NCBI GenBank assembly: GCA_028873125.1
Contig: JAGWMQ010000004.1
Coordinates: 1-63,023, forward strand
Length of the DNA: 63,023 bases
Source of the DNA: Verrucomicrobiota bacterium
GTDB lineage: Bacteria > Verrucomicrobiota > Verrucomicrobiia > Limisphaerales > UBA11358
Direction: 5' to 3'
The position numbers were made by a program, and so were the translations under genes. This document shows, piece by piece, positions 1-9,246 of this stretch; the stretch's first letter is position 1, and each line of letters begins with the position of its first letter. The notes under the pieces are model-generated. The model did not search any database. It was not told the origin of the DNA and saw only the letters and a list, made by a program, of their open reading frames with translations.

Positions 1-122
1 AGCTGCACGACCCGCGTTTGATTCCCCACTCACCCTTGGCCAGAACTTATCATGCCTTCGAGCGTCAACTAAGTGACTACTTCCAAGCCCATTTCGCCGC
101 CTGAAAACCTGACCTGTCTACT

Positions 123-332
123 TCAGATTTTAATTTTCAAGGATTCTAGAGCACCTTGATGGCATTCCGATGTGTAGAGACTGTCCAGACGAAGTAATTC
201 GGATGCCCGCTTCGGATCAGTCGTGTGCAGGCTTTCGCGCTCTCCGGTCTGATTGTCGTGGATGTAGTAATTGCCACCGCGCAGGCGATAGCAGATGATC
301 CGGAATCGGTCCTTCATTTCCATGTCTCCCAT
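123..332 (-). pseudogene. Truncated phage-type integrase N-terminal fragment (~69 aa)
   Basis: Internal Met of ORF 123..458(-). MGDMEMKDRFRIICYRLRGGNYYIHDNQTGERESLHTTDPKRASELL resembles the N-terminal part of tyrosine integrases. The frame stops after ~69 aa and no catalytic domain follows. Confidence 0.35.
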
Positions 333-1120
333 GATAACTCCGACCGACTCCCATGTGTGAGCCCGATGGTGCCAACCGACACGACCAGGCGCGCATGGGG
401 GTGAGCGTTCGCGTGGTTGGCTACCGGCCTGGCCTCCAATCGGCAAGACCGGTGCCAATCACGCGAACGCGAAAGGGGAATGTTTTGCGTCGTTTGGTGT
501 CGGCCAACCGGACATTTGAACAGCGGAGACACCCCGCTGTCGAAAAACGGAAGGAGAATGCAGGGCACATTTTTGTAACCATCCGGTTACTTGTGCGTCT
601 GGTGTTAATGGTTGAGTTAAGGAAGCATGAGAACAATCATTTCGACCTATCCGGGCTTTCGGTCTTTGCCCAAAGGCGTCAAGCAACTGCTGGTGGTCTC
701 TGAAAGCCATTTCTTCGATGGAGCAAATCTCGAGTTTTTGGGGCCGGGTGGGCAGAGGCCGAGGCAAATAAAAGAATGGCGTGCGATCCGGCCGGAGAAC
801 AAGTCTGCCGTCAAGGTGGGTTTCGGGTTGATTCGGGCGATGACCACGCTCATCACGCTCGGGCGTGAGGCGGCACACTGGCACAAGGGCTAAATTTTAC
901 CATGGGCAAGTCGCAGGGCAAAAATGGTTGATTTTGTTGGCAAAAATGAAGTGGCCGCGAACATGACCTTAAGAGATCGGTGCTGGATTTTGTGCTGGCG
1001 CCGTGTGCTTTCCGGTGAGCCCGAGGGACACAGGGCGAAAGTCGTTGAAGATCATTGGGTGAAGACCGTCGCCTTGCGGCACGGCCCCCAATCGCAAGCT
1101 CCAATTGCCCGGCGGCAGCC

Positions 1121-2548
1121 TCATCCCGCCAGGACCTCGCGGCAGGCGGATTGGAGCTTCTTCAAATTCGCCCTGGACCTGGCCTCGATGTAGCAGCGGA
1201 GGAGCGGTTCCGTGCCGCTGGCGCGGAAGGCGACCCATTCGTCGTTGGGCAGCAAAAATTTGTAGCCGTCGGTGGTGATGAATTTTTCCACCTTGAACGG
1301 GCCGATGTTCTGCAGGCCGCCGCCGAGCCGGGCCAGCAGCGCGTCCTTTTTCTCCGGCGCAAAACCGACGTTGAGCCGGTCGGTGTAGAAATTCCCGATC
1401 TGCTTTGACAACTCGCGCAGGATCCGGCCAAGCGATTTCCTTTCCACGGCCAGCAGTTCGGCCATCAGCAGGCAGGCCAGGATGCCGTCCTTCTCCGGCA
1501 CGTGACCCTTGACGCTCAGGCCGCCGGATTCCTCGCCGCCGACGATGATCGGCTCGCTTTCCATCAGCGCGCCGATGTATTTGAAGCCCACGGGCGTTTC
1601 GTGGACTTTCACGCCGAGCCACCGGGCGACGGCGTCCACCTGATGGCTGGTGGGCACGGTGCGCACGACGGCGCCGGTCCAGCGCCGGTTCTTCTTCAAA
1701 TGATACAGCGCGAGCGCCAGGACCTGGTTGGGCGTCAGCCAGGCGCCGTCCTGATCCACGATGCCGAAGCGGTCAGCGTCGCCGTCCAGGCCCAGGCCAA
1801 GTTGCGCCCCGCCACGGCGGACGAATCTGCTCACCGCGGCCATGTTCGCGGCGTTCGGTTCGGGATGGTGCCCGCCGAAAAGGGGATTCAATTCGTTGTG
1901 AAACAGGGTCACCTTGGCGCCGACGCCCTCGAGCAACGTGTCCAGATAGCCGTGCCCGGTGCCGTAGCTCAAATCCACGGCCACTTTGAGCCGGGCCTTT
2001 TTGAGCGCGGCAAAATCCACCAGCCGATGAAGCTGTTTGAAGTAAGCCGGCTGCGGATTGAACGTCCGGCACCGGAACGTGCCGATGACCGCGCCTTTGA
2101 ATCTCCATTGCCGCGGTTGGAGCCGCGCGATGCCGGCCTCGATTTGGCGGGTGACTTCCGGCGTGGCGGGCGCGCCGTTGGCCGTGGAAAACTTCAGGCC
2201 CTGATACTCCGGGGGATTGTGGCTGGCGGTCATGGTGATGCCGCCCAGCGCGCGACGATGACGGATGGCGTGGGCGATGACCGGTGTGGGCGTATCGCGG
2301 TTGCACAACAGCGGCTCCAGGCTGGCGGCGGCCAAGACCTCGGCGGCGGCCAGGGAAAATTCGCGCCCGAGAAACCGGGTGTCATGGCCCAGGATTACGA
2401 GCGGTTTGCGTCCGTGGACGGCCGATTCCGGATTTCCGATTTTGGCCTTCAAAAAGCCGGCGATGCCCTGCGTGGCGAGCCGGACGTTGTCGAAGGTGAA
2501 ATCGCGCGCGATGAGGCCGCGCCAGCCGCTGGTTCCAAATTTAATCAT
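1121..2548 (-). CDS. Phosphoglucomutase/phosphomannomutase family protein (alpha-D-phosphohexomutase)
   Basis: 475-aa ORF. FGTSGWRG N-terminus, TASHNPPEYQGLK active-site Ser loop, GLDGDADR metal loop, GGEESGG sugar loop. Confidence 0.93.
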   Translation of the reverse strand: MIKFGTSGWRGLIARDFTFDNVRLATQGIAGFLKAKIGNPESAVHGRKPLVILGHDTRFLGREFSLAAAEVLAAASLEPLLCNRDTPTPVIAHAIRHRRALGGITMTASHNPPEYQGLKFSTANGAPATPEVTRQIEAGIARLQPRQWRFKGAVIGTFRCRTFNPQPAYFKQLHRLVDFAALKKARLKVAVDLSYGTGHGYLDTLLEGVGAKVTLFHNELNPLFGGHHPEPNAANMAAVSRFVRRGGAQLGLGLDGDADRFGIVDQDGAWLTPNQVLALALYHLKKNRRWTGAVVRTVPTSHQVDAVARWLGVKVHETPVGFKYIGALMESEPIIVGGEESGGLSVKGHVPEKDGILACLLMAELLAVERKSLGRILRELSKQIGNFYTDRLNVGFAPEKKDALLARLGGGLQNIGPFKVEKFITTDGYKFLLPNDEWVAFRASGTEPLLRCYIEARSRANLKKLQSACREVLAG

Positions 2549-2556
2549 CCGCTACA

Positions 2557-2613
2557 GCGTTGAAGCGTTGAGGCGGAACACGTTCTGACGCTTCACGCTT
2601 TAACGCCTCAACG
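2557..2613 (-). terminator. Imperfect inverted repeat / stem-loop between the nuoA stop and the phosphohexomutase start
   Basis: Perfect 10-bp arms CGTTGAGGCG (2566-2575) and CGCCTCAACG (2604-2613). Extra partial pairing GCGTTGAAGCG with CGCTTCACGC. No clear U-tract. Confidence 0.35.
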
Positions 2614-2617
2614 AAAT

Positions 2618-3010
2618 TCAACTTTTCCAGTCAAACGCCTTTTTCTTCAACGCGTAAAGGTAACCCACGAACAAAATCACCAGAAACGAAACCATCGAAC
2701 CGAGGATGAGGTTGCGCGTGGCGTGCTCGGCGAGCATCTGCTTGTAAACCACCGCCCACGGATACATGAAGACCACCTCGATGTCAAACAGGATGAACAG
2801 CATGGCCACCAGGTAGAATTTCACGGAGAAGCGCGCGCTGCCCTCGCCGATGGGGTCCTTGCCGCATTCGTAGGGCGCGTCCTTGGCGCGGGTGCGCCGC
2901 CCGCGGCTGCCGAACAGGACCGACACCATGAGCGTCCCGGCCGCGAAGCCGACGGCCGCCACGAGGAGCATGAGCACCGGGATGTACTGCGCCAGTTGCG
3001 AATTCGCCAT
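2618..3010 (-). CDS. nuoA: NADH-quinone oxidoreductase subunit A
   Basis: 130 aa with three TM segments. PYECG and FDIEVVFMYPWAV motifs are typical of NuoA/ND3. Confidence 0.9.
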   Translation of the reverse strand: MANSQLAQYIPVLMLLVAAVGFAAGTLMVSVLFGSRGRRTRAKDAPYECGKDPIGEGSARFSVKFYLVAMLFILFDIEVVFMYPWAVVYKQMLAEHATRNLILGSMVSFLVILFVGYLYALKKKAFDWKS

Positions 3011-3067
3011 GGGCGGAATTTAGAAACGGCCGGAAAGAATTTCAACACCAAAACACCGCGCGCGACT

Positions 3068-3280
3068 TCATTTTCTGAACAGCCACAGCGCCAGCGTCAG
3101 GAGCGCGCCCAGAAAGAGACAGGTGGTGATGGGAAAATAAAAATGAAAATCGCCCCTGGAATAATGGAAGTCGCCCGGCAGCCGGCCCAGCCAGCCCCGG
3201 CCCAGCCCGGACCACAGCCACGCCCCGGCCAGGATCAGCAGCAGGCCGGCCAACACCAGCATTTTCCCCGCCTCGTTCAT
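3068..3280 (-). CDS. DUF2905-type small membrane protein
   Basis: Internal ATG (3280) of ORF 3068..3388. LPGDFHYSRGDFHFYFPITTCLFLGALLTLALWLF matches the DUF2905 signature as I remember it. Confidence 0.65.
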   Translation of the reverse strand: MNEAGKMLVLAGLLLILAGAWLWSGLGRGWLGRLPGDFHYSRGDFHFYFPITTCLFLGALLTLALWLFRK

Positions 3281-3408
3281 TTCCTCGGAATATAATCCCC
3301 CCGGACGCGCGGGGCAAAAGCCGGATTGCCAAAAGGCAATCTTTGAAATTGATTTTTGCATAAGATGCGCCAACTTAAAGCCAATCACTCGGGAATCAGC
3401 CGCACTTT

Positions 3409-4278
3409 ATGGTTCAGAAAGATTTGACGAACGACCCGACGGCGGTTGCCACGCAGGTGCAGGCCGCGTATCTGGCGATGTTCCCGCAGGCCGACACGCG
3501 GTTTGTGCCGCTGGCGTTCGGCTGGGCGCTGGACTGCTTTTGCGGCCACTACGCCGGCTACCAGGCGGTGGACACGCGTTACCATGACTTCGAACACACG
3601 TTGCAAGGGACCCTGTGCATGGCCCGCCTCCTGCACGGCCGGCACATCGCGGGGGCGCAGCGGCCGCTGCCCCGGCGGCTGGTGGAGCTGGGTTTGTTGG
3701 CCATTCTGCTGCACGACACCGGTTATTTGAAGAAACGGGACGATACCAAGGGCACCGGCGCCAAGTACACCGTCACGCACGTCCAGCGCAGCGCCGCCTT
3801 CGCCGCCCAACTGCTCGGCCAAAAAGGCTCCGACCAGCACGACATCATCGCGGTGCAAAACATGATCCGTTGCACCGGCGTGGATGCGCTGCTGAGCACC
3901 ATCCCGTTCCAGGATGATCTGGAGCGGACCGCCGGTCGCGCGCTGGGCACGGCCGATTTGCTCGGCCAGATGGCGGCCGACGACTACGTTGAAAAACTGC
4001 CGATCCTCTACGCCGAATTCGCCGAGGCCGCCGCCTTCACCAAGGACCGGACGCACCTGATCTGCCTGTTCACCAGCGCCGACGATTTGATGCAAAAGAC
4101 GCCCATCTTCTGGGAGAAATACGTGAGGATGAAGCTGGACCGCGAGTTCGGCGGGCTGCATCAGTTCTTGAAGTCGCCCTATCCCGACGGTCCGAACCCT
4201 TATCTCAAGCGCATCGAGGCCAACATCGAGCGCGTCCGTCAGGCGGTCGCCGCCAAAAGGCAAAGCAACTCTCGGTGA
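3409..4278 (+). CDS. HD-domain metal-dependent phosphohydrolase family protein
   Basis: 289 aa. YHDFEHTL and LLHDTGY (H...HD) motifs. Sits 30-50 nt upstream of uvrD on the same strand. Confidence 0.8.
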   Translation: MVQKDLTNDPTAVATQVQAAYLAMFPQADTRFVPLAFGWALDCFCGHYAGYQAVDTRYHDFEHTLQGTLCMARLLHGRHIAGAQRPLPRRLVELGLLAILLHDTGYLKKRDDTKGTGAKYTVTHVQRSAAFAAQLLGQKGSDQHDIIAVQNMIRCTGVDALLSTIPFQDDLERTAGRALGTADLLGQMAADDYVEKLPILYAEFAEAAAFTKDRTHLICLFTSADDLMQKTPIFWEKYVRMKLDREFGGLHQFLKSPYPDGPNPYLKRIEANIERVRQAVAAKRQSNSR

Positions 4279-4308
4279 ACCTGATAATTTCCTTTTGCCG
4301 GGGCCGGT

Positions 4309-6411
4309 TTGGCGGTTCAATGGCCGGTCATGTCGCGTGAATACGTGCTGGAACGGGCGTCGCCGGAAGTCCATCTGCAGATTGACTATCCGCGCGAGCT
4401 CAATCCGCAGCAACTGGCGGCCGTCACCGCGCCGCCCGGGCCGGCGCTGGTCATCGCCGGAGCCGGCTCGGGCAAGACGCGCACGCTCATCTACCGCGTC
4501 GCCTATCTGCTCGAACAGGGCATTCCCGCCGACCGGATCCTGCTCCTGACCTTCACCAACAAGGCTGCCGGCGAAATGATGCGCCGCGTCGCCGATTTGC
4601 TGGGCCGGCCGCTGCCGGCGCTCTGGGGCGGCACGTTTCATTCCATCGGCGCGCGAATTCTGCGACTGCACGCCGACGCCCTCGGCTACCGCCGCGATTT
4701 CACCATCCTGGACCGGGACGACGCCAAGGACCTGATCAAGGCCTGCCTCGCCGAGGCCGGCATTGAAACCAAGCGCAAACGCGGCGCGAAGGGCGCGCAC
4801 TTTCCGAAACCCGAGGTGCTCGGGGAAATTTTTTCGCTCGCCGTCAATACCCACCAGACCGTGGGCGCTGTCCTGGAGGCGCAATTCAACTATTTCGAGC
4901 CGTTTGCCGAAGCCATCGCCGACGTGGCGCGGCGCTACGTCCAGCGCAAACGCGCGGCGAACGCGATGGATTTCGACGACCTGCTGGCGCTCTGGCTCAA
5001 GCTGCTCCAGGAGAACACGGACCTGCGCGAGCGTTACCAGCGCCGTTTCCAGTTCCTCCTCGTGGACGAATACCAGGACACCAACAAGCTGCAGGGCGAT
5101 TTGATTGACCTGCTGGCGGCCCGGCACCGCAACGTCATGGTGGTGGGCGACGACGCGCAGAGCATCTACGCCTGGCGCGGCGCGAATTTTCTGAACATCC
5201 TCGAGTTCCCGAAGCGGTACCCGGGCGCGCAGGTGTTCAGAATCGAGACCAACTACCGGAGCACGCCGGAGATCCTGCGCGTGGCCAACGCCGCCATCGC
5301 GTCCAACAGGGAGCAATTCAAAAAAAACCTCGCGCCGGCGCGCAAATCCGGCGTGAAGCCGGCGGTCGTCGCCTGCCAGGACGCCGCGCAGCAATCCGCC
5401 TTCATCGCCCAGCGCGTTCTGGAGTTGCGCGAGGAGGGCACGAACCTGAACCGGATCGCCGTGCTGTATCGTTCACATTTTCACGCGCTGGAATTGCAGC
5501 TTGAACTGACCCGGAGGCAAATCCCGTTCTCCATCACCAGCGGCATCCGGTTCTTTGAACAGGCGCACATCAAGGACGCGGCGGCGTATCTCAAGCTCGT
5601 CGCCAATCCGCGGGACGAGGTTTCCTTCAAGCGGCTGGTCCAGCTTCTGCCGGGCATCGCCGCGAAAGGCGCGGACAAGCTTTGGGGAAAATTTCAGGAA
5701 ACCTTGGCTGCTGGCGTCCCGCTTCCGAAGAACGAACAGGGCGCGCCATCCAAATTACAACCCCGGACGCCAGACGCCAGGCGCCATTCCCTCGCCACGA
5801 CGCTGCAAGGAATTTCCAAATCCGTTCCGGCGAAGGCGGCTGCCGCCTGGGCGCAGTTCGCCGCCACCATTTCCCAGCTCGAGGATGAGGCCCTTCGCAA
5901 AAGCCCGGCCAAAATGCTGCGGCTGGTGATGGACGCGGGCTACGACGATTATCTCAAGGAAAATTTCGCCAACTACCGCAACCGCCTGGACGACCTCGAA
6001 CAACTGGCCGTGTTCGCCCACCCGTTCGACTCGGTCGAGGATTTCCTCACGCAACTGGCGTTGCTCACCAACGTCGAGGCCGAGGACAACCAGGCCGCCG
6101 GGAGCGACGACGAGTGCCTCCGGCTCTCGACGATTCATCAGGCCAAGGGGCTGGAGTTCGACTCCGTATTTGTCATCATGCTTTGCGACGGGCTGTTTCC
6201 GTCCGCCCGTTCGATGGAGAGCATCGAGGGCGAGGAAGAGGAGCGCCGGCTGTTTTACGTGGCCATCACCCGCGCCCGGAACGAGCTTTACCTGAGTTAT
6301 CCGCTGATGCGCGCCGGCTTCGTCAATTCCGGCGGCGAGGCCATGCAACTGCCCTCGCGCTTTCTGTCCGAAATCCCGCGCGATTTGCTCGACGAGTGGC
6401 GGCTGCGGTAG
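4309..6411 (+). CDS. uvrD: ATP-dependent DNA helicase, UvrD/PcrA/Rep family
   Basis: AGAGSGKT Walker A, LLVDEYQDTN, VGDDAQSIYAWRGA, TIHQAKGLEFD, YVAITRAR. The true start may be the ATG at 4330 (MSREYV...). Confidence 0.93.
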   Translation: MAVQWPVMSREYVLERASPEVHLQIDYPRELNPQQLAAVTAPPGPALVIAGAGSGKTRTLIYRVAYLLEQGIPADRILLLTFTNKAAGEMMRRVADLLGRPLPALWGGTFHSIGARILRLHADALGYRRDFTILDRDDAKDLIKACLAEAGIETKRKRGAKGAHFPKPEVLGEIFSLAVNTHQTVGAVLEAQFNYFEPFAEAIADVARRYVQRKRAANAMDFDDLLALWLKLLQENTDLRERYQRRFQFLLVDEYQDTNKLQGDLIDLLAARHRNVMVVGDDAQSIYAWRGANFLNILEFPKRYPGAQVFRIETNYRSTPEILRVANAAIASNREQFKKNLAPARKSGVKPAVVACQDAAQQSAFIAQRVLELREEGTNLNRIAVLYRSHFHALELQLELTRRQIPFSITSGIRFFEQAHIKDAAAYLKLVANPRDEVSFKRLVQLLPGIAAKGADKLWGKFQETLAAGVPLPKNEQGAPSKLQPRTPDARRHSLATTLQGISKSVPAKAAAAWAQFAATISQLEDEALRKSPAKMLRLVMDAGYDDYLKENFANYRNRLDDLEQLAVFAHPFDSVEDFLTQLALLTNVEAEDNQAAGSDDECLRLSTIHQAKGLEFDSVFVIMLCDGLFPSARSMESIEGEEEERRLFYVAITRARNELYLSYPLMRAGFVNSGGEAMQLPSRFLSEIPRDLLDEWRLR

Positions 6412-6490
6412 GCTGCGGGGTTTCAACGAGGCCGGGCGCCAGGCCATTTGCGACCGCTCCATTTCAGAGTCCGCCCTCGCATGTGGTGGG

Positions 6491-7621
6491 TCATTCCGGC
6501 AGCCCGCGCCATTGCCGCCAGGCCACGTAGGGATCGATCCGGTCCAGGAGAAAGTAGGCCCAGCGCTGTTTGAGTTTCTGCCAGACCGTGCGCGACCGGC
6601 GCCACTCTTCGCGGGTCACCCGCCGGCACAGGCGCAGGGTCTCCGTGAAAATTACCCGCGCTTGTCTTGCGATTTCTCCGTTGTCAAAACGGATCATCAG
6701 TTCGTAATTGATCTGCAGACTGCGCGGGTCGAGGTTGCTGGAGCCGGTGTAAACCGCGTCGTCCACCAGAAACAGTTTGGCATGGAGAACCTGCGGTTGA
6801 TACTCGTAGATTTCCACGCCGGCGTTCAAAAGCCGCCGGTAGAGGCTCTGGGCGGCGAGCTTGGAAAGCTGCACGTCGGTTTTGCCGGGCAGGATCAATT
6901 GCACCCGTCCGCCCCGTTTGACGACGCGGACCAGGTCGCGCCGCAGCCGCCACGAGGGCAGAAAGTAGGCGGTCATGATCTGCGCGCTTCTTGCGCCCGC
7001 CAGGTCCCTTCGCAAGGCCCGCCGGAAGGGGCTTTGGCCGCGGCCCGGACCGCTGAACAGAATTTGCTCCGGCGGCACCGCCACCGTCTGCTTGGCGCTG
7101 AATTTGCGCCAGCGCGTGAAATGCCGGTGGCGGAACTCGGCGCGCGCGAACATGTCCTCGAACGACGCGGCCAGCCGCGCCGCCAGGGGACCTTCAATTT
7201 TCAATCCCATGTCGCACCAGCCGCTGGTCACGCCGTCGCCGTGGTAGGCCGGCGCGACGTTGAAGCCGCCAACGAACGCCACCCGGTGGTCGCACACGAG
7301 CAGCTTGCGGTGGTTCCGGATGGTCGCCCGTCTCAAGGTCATGGGGTTGAACCAGCGCACCTCGCCGCCGGCCCTCCGCAGCGGCTCCCAAAAATCGTCC
7401 GGCAGGAAGAGCGAACCGAGCGCGTCCACCAGGACCCGCACGCGCGCGCCGCGTGCGCAGGCGTTCTTCAGGGCCGATCGGAAGGCGCGTCCCAGCGGGC
7501 ATTCCTCGAACGTGTAGATTTCCAAACAAACCGATTGGGTGGCGACGTCAATGGCCGCGAGCATTGCGGGAAAGGCCGCGTCGCCGCCGCGCAACCAGTG
7601 ATAAGCCGAATTTGATTCCAT
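6491..7621 (-). CDS. Phospholipase D family protein (ClsB-like cardiolipin synthase)
   Basis: Two HKD motifs: HRKLLVCDHRVAFVGGFN and HAKLFLVDDAVYTGSSNLD. No N-terminal TM segment. Confidence 0.87.
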   Translation of the reverse strand: MESNSAYHWLRGGDAAFPAMLAAIDVATQSVCLEIYTFEECPLGRAFRSALKNACARGARVRVLVDALGSLFLPDDFWEPLRRAGGEVRWFNPMTLRRATIRNHRKLLVCDHRVAFVGGFNVAPAYHGDGVTSGWCDMGLKIEGPLAARLAASFEDMFARAEFRHRHFTRWRKFSAKQTVAVPPEQILFSGPGRGQSPFRRALRRDLAGARSAQIMTAYFLPSWRLRRDLVRVVKRGGRVQLILPGKTDVQLSKLAAQSLYRRLLNAGVEIYEYQPQVLHAKLFLVDDAVYTGSSNLDPRSLQINYELMIRFDNGEIARQARVIFTETLRLCRRVTREEWRRSRTVWQKLKQRWAYFLLDRIDPYVAWRQWRGLPE

Positions 7622-7813
7622 CCGCTTTAATGTTACAGGAAATTACCGCGTTCCACCGGCCGGCGCATCTTTTTTTCCGCCGTGTTGCGGTGATGCCGTT
7701 GCGACTGACGACGGTTTTTGCAAAGGTCCGTCGAATTCTGCTCGACAATTTCCGCCTTCCGCCGGGATATTCCCCGGCGCGCCGGAGGGTCTGGCGCGGA
7801 GCAGGAATGTTGC

Positions 7814-9175
7814 ATGTCTGAACTCGAAAAACCGGCCTCCGCCGCCGCCTTTCCGCCGGGGATGCACCACGCCTGGCTGTTCTCGCTGTTCAACGGCCTG
7901 TCGTTTCAGATCGTGCTGGGCAGTCCGATGATCCTCTACGCCAAGACGCTGCACGCCAGCGCCACGGTGCTGGGCATCATCGCGGGCATGATGCCGCTGC
8001 TGGTCATCTTTCAAATCCCCGCCGTCAACTACATCAATCGCGTCGGCTACAAACGCTTTGTGCTGAGCGGCTGGGGCACGCGCACGGTGTTCATCTTTGG
8101 CATGGCCCTGGCGCCGCTCACGGCGGGCTTTCTGAACGCCACCACGCGCCTGGCGTTGATGCTGATGCTGCTGTTCGGGTTTAACCTGGTTCGCGGCATT
8201 TCCAGTTGCGCCTGGTTGCCGTGGATCACGCATCTGGTGCCCGATACGCTCCGCGGCAAGTATGTCTCGCGCGACGCCGGCATGTCCAATCTCGGCAGCT
8301 TCCTGACGGTGCTCATTGCCGCTACGTGCCTGGGCCAGGCTCCAAAGCCGTGGCAGTTCTCCGTGATCTTCGCGTTCAGCGCGGCCATGGGCTGGGTGAG
8401 CCTGGTGTTTCTCAACCGGGTCCCGGACGCGCCCATTCCCGAGGAAATCCGCAAGTCGCGCCATCCTGTGCCGTGGCTGGCCATGCTGCGCCATCCGCCG
8501 TTTCAGAAGCTGTTGCGCGCGGTCGTGTCCTGGTCGGTGGCCTACGGCGGCATGACCGCCTTTGTCGTCGCGTTTTTGAAAACCGCCGCGGGCATGAGCG
8601 ATGGGAAAATCCTGTTTGTCACTTCCGTGACTTTTCTGGGCGGGTTAAGCAGCCTGTGGTTTCTTGGCCCGCGCCTGGACCATTTGGGCAGCCGGCCGGT
8701 GCTGCTTTTCTCCTTCATCGTGTGGCTGGCGATTCTTGCCGGCTGGATCGCTGTGGCGGGCGGCGCCGTAAGCGCCGGACTGCCGCTGGTTCTGGCGTTG
8801 GAGTTTTTGATGGGCCTCTTCGCCGCGCTGGTGGGCATGGCGGCCAACCGCCTCGCCATGGCCGTCATCCCGCCGATGGGCCGTAATCATTTCTTCGCGC
8901 TTTACTCGGTGTTTGCCAACGTCACGCTCGGCCTGGCGCCCGTGGGCTGGGGACTGCTCATTGACGCCGTCGGCGAACATCAGGCGAAGTGGCTGGGCTT
9001 GGCCTGGAACCGCTACACCGTCTTTTTCGCGGCGGCGGCGCTGGCCTTTTTCATCACGCTCCTGATGGCCCGGCGGCTGGACGAACCCGAGGCGGTCAGC
9101 ATGGAAACGCTGCTGACCCGGCTACTGGTCGAGTCGCCGCAGCGCTTCTGGCTGCGCTTCTGGCCTCGAAGCTGA
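7814..9175 (+). CDS. MFS transporter
   Basis: About 12 predicted TM segments. Start taken at the internal ATG 7814 (MSELEKP...) of ORF 7718..9175. Confidence 0.82.
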   Translation: MSELEKPASAAAFPPGMHHAWLFSLFNGLSFQIVLGSPMILYAKTLHASATVLGIIAGMMPLLVIFQIPAVNYINRVGYKRFVLSGWGTRTVFIFGMALAPLTAGFLNATTRLALMLMLLFGFNLVRGISSCAWLPWITHLVPDTLRGKYVSRDAGMSNLGSFLTVLIAATCLGQAPKPWQFSVIFAFSAAMGWVSLVFLNRVPDAPIPEEIRKSRHPVPWLAMLRHPPFQKLLRAVVSWSVAYGGMTAFVVAFLKTAAGMSDGKILFVTSVTFLGGLSSLWFLGPRLDHLGSRPVLLFSFIVWLAILAGWIAVAGGAVSAGLPLVLALEFLMGLFAALVGMAANRLAMAVIPPMGRNHFFALYSVFANVTLGLAPVGWGLLIDAVGEHQAKWLGLAWNRYTVFFAAAALAFFITLLMARRLDEPEAVSMETLLTRLLVESPQRFWLRFWPRS

Positions 9176-9246
9176 AATGCCACCCAAGCCGGCGTTTGAA
9201 AAATGAGGGAAACGCGCTTAATGTCTGACGCCACACTGGAAAATTT

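Noticed and set aside
1-60. Possible tRNA/tmRNA 3' end (…GCGTTTGATTCCCC…) next to the integrase fragment.
   Set aside because: I could not build a T-arm on either strand: no complementary 5-bp stem flanks a TTCRANY-like loop, and there is no acceptor/CCA context. It may simply be the end of a CDS (…TGA at 19-21). It needs a tRNAscan/ARAGORN run on an extended window.
627-893. 88-aa ORF with an AAGGAAG upstream (MRTIISTYPGFRSLPKGVKQLLVVSESHFF...).
   Set aside because: No family motif was recognised. It overlaps several equally long ORFs on the other strand, and the SD-to-ATG spacing is very short. The support is not strong enough to list it as a feature.
2558-2571. The identical 14-mer CGTTGAAGCGTTGA is shared between the nuoA-downstream spacer and cysS (25558-25571), suggesting another repeat family.
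   Set aside because: A single 14-nt match in 63 kb on two strands is within chance expectation. In cysS it encodes the native ...LQRFNDALDDD... segment.
3385-5394. Very long ORFs antisense to, or out of frame with, confident genes. Examples: 3385..5394(-), 10887..12152(-), 22135..23748(+), 23745..25571(+), 34922..36412(-), 50666..53113(+), 54143..55705(-), 59329..60906(+) and many shorter ones.
   Set aside because: Each lies opposite or out of frame with a gene that has clear family motifs. Their translations are Arg/Gly/Pro/Ala-rich low-complexity strings typical of stop-codon-poor frames in GC-rich DNA. They show no recognisable motifs.
3409-7621. HD-domain protein, UvrD-like helicase and PLD-family protein as a possible anti-phage defence module.
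   Set aside because: The helicase has the full canonical UvrD/PcrA motif set and length. The PLD protein matches ClsB-type cardiolipin synthases and is convergent, so it is not co-transcribed. The surrounding context is housekeeping. Only the HD-uvrD adjacency remains mildly notable.
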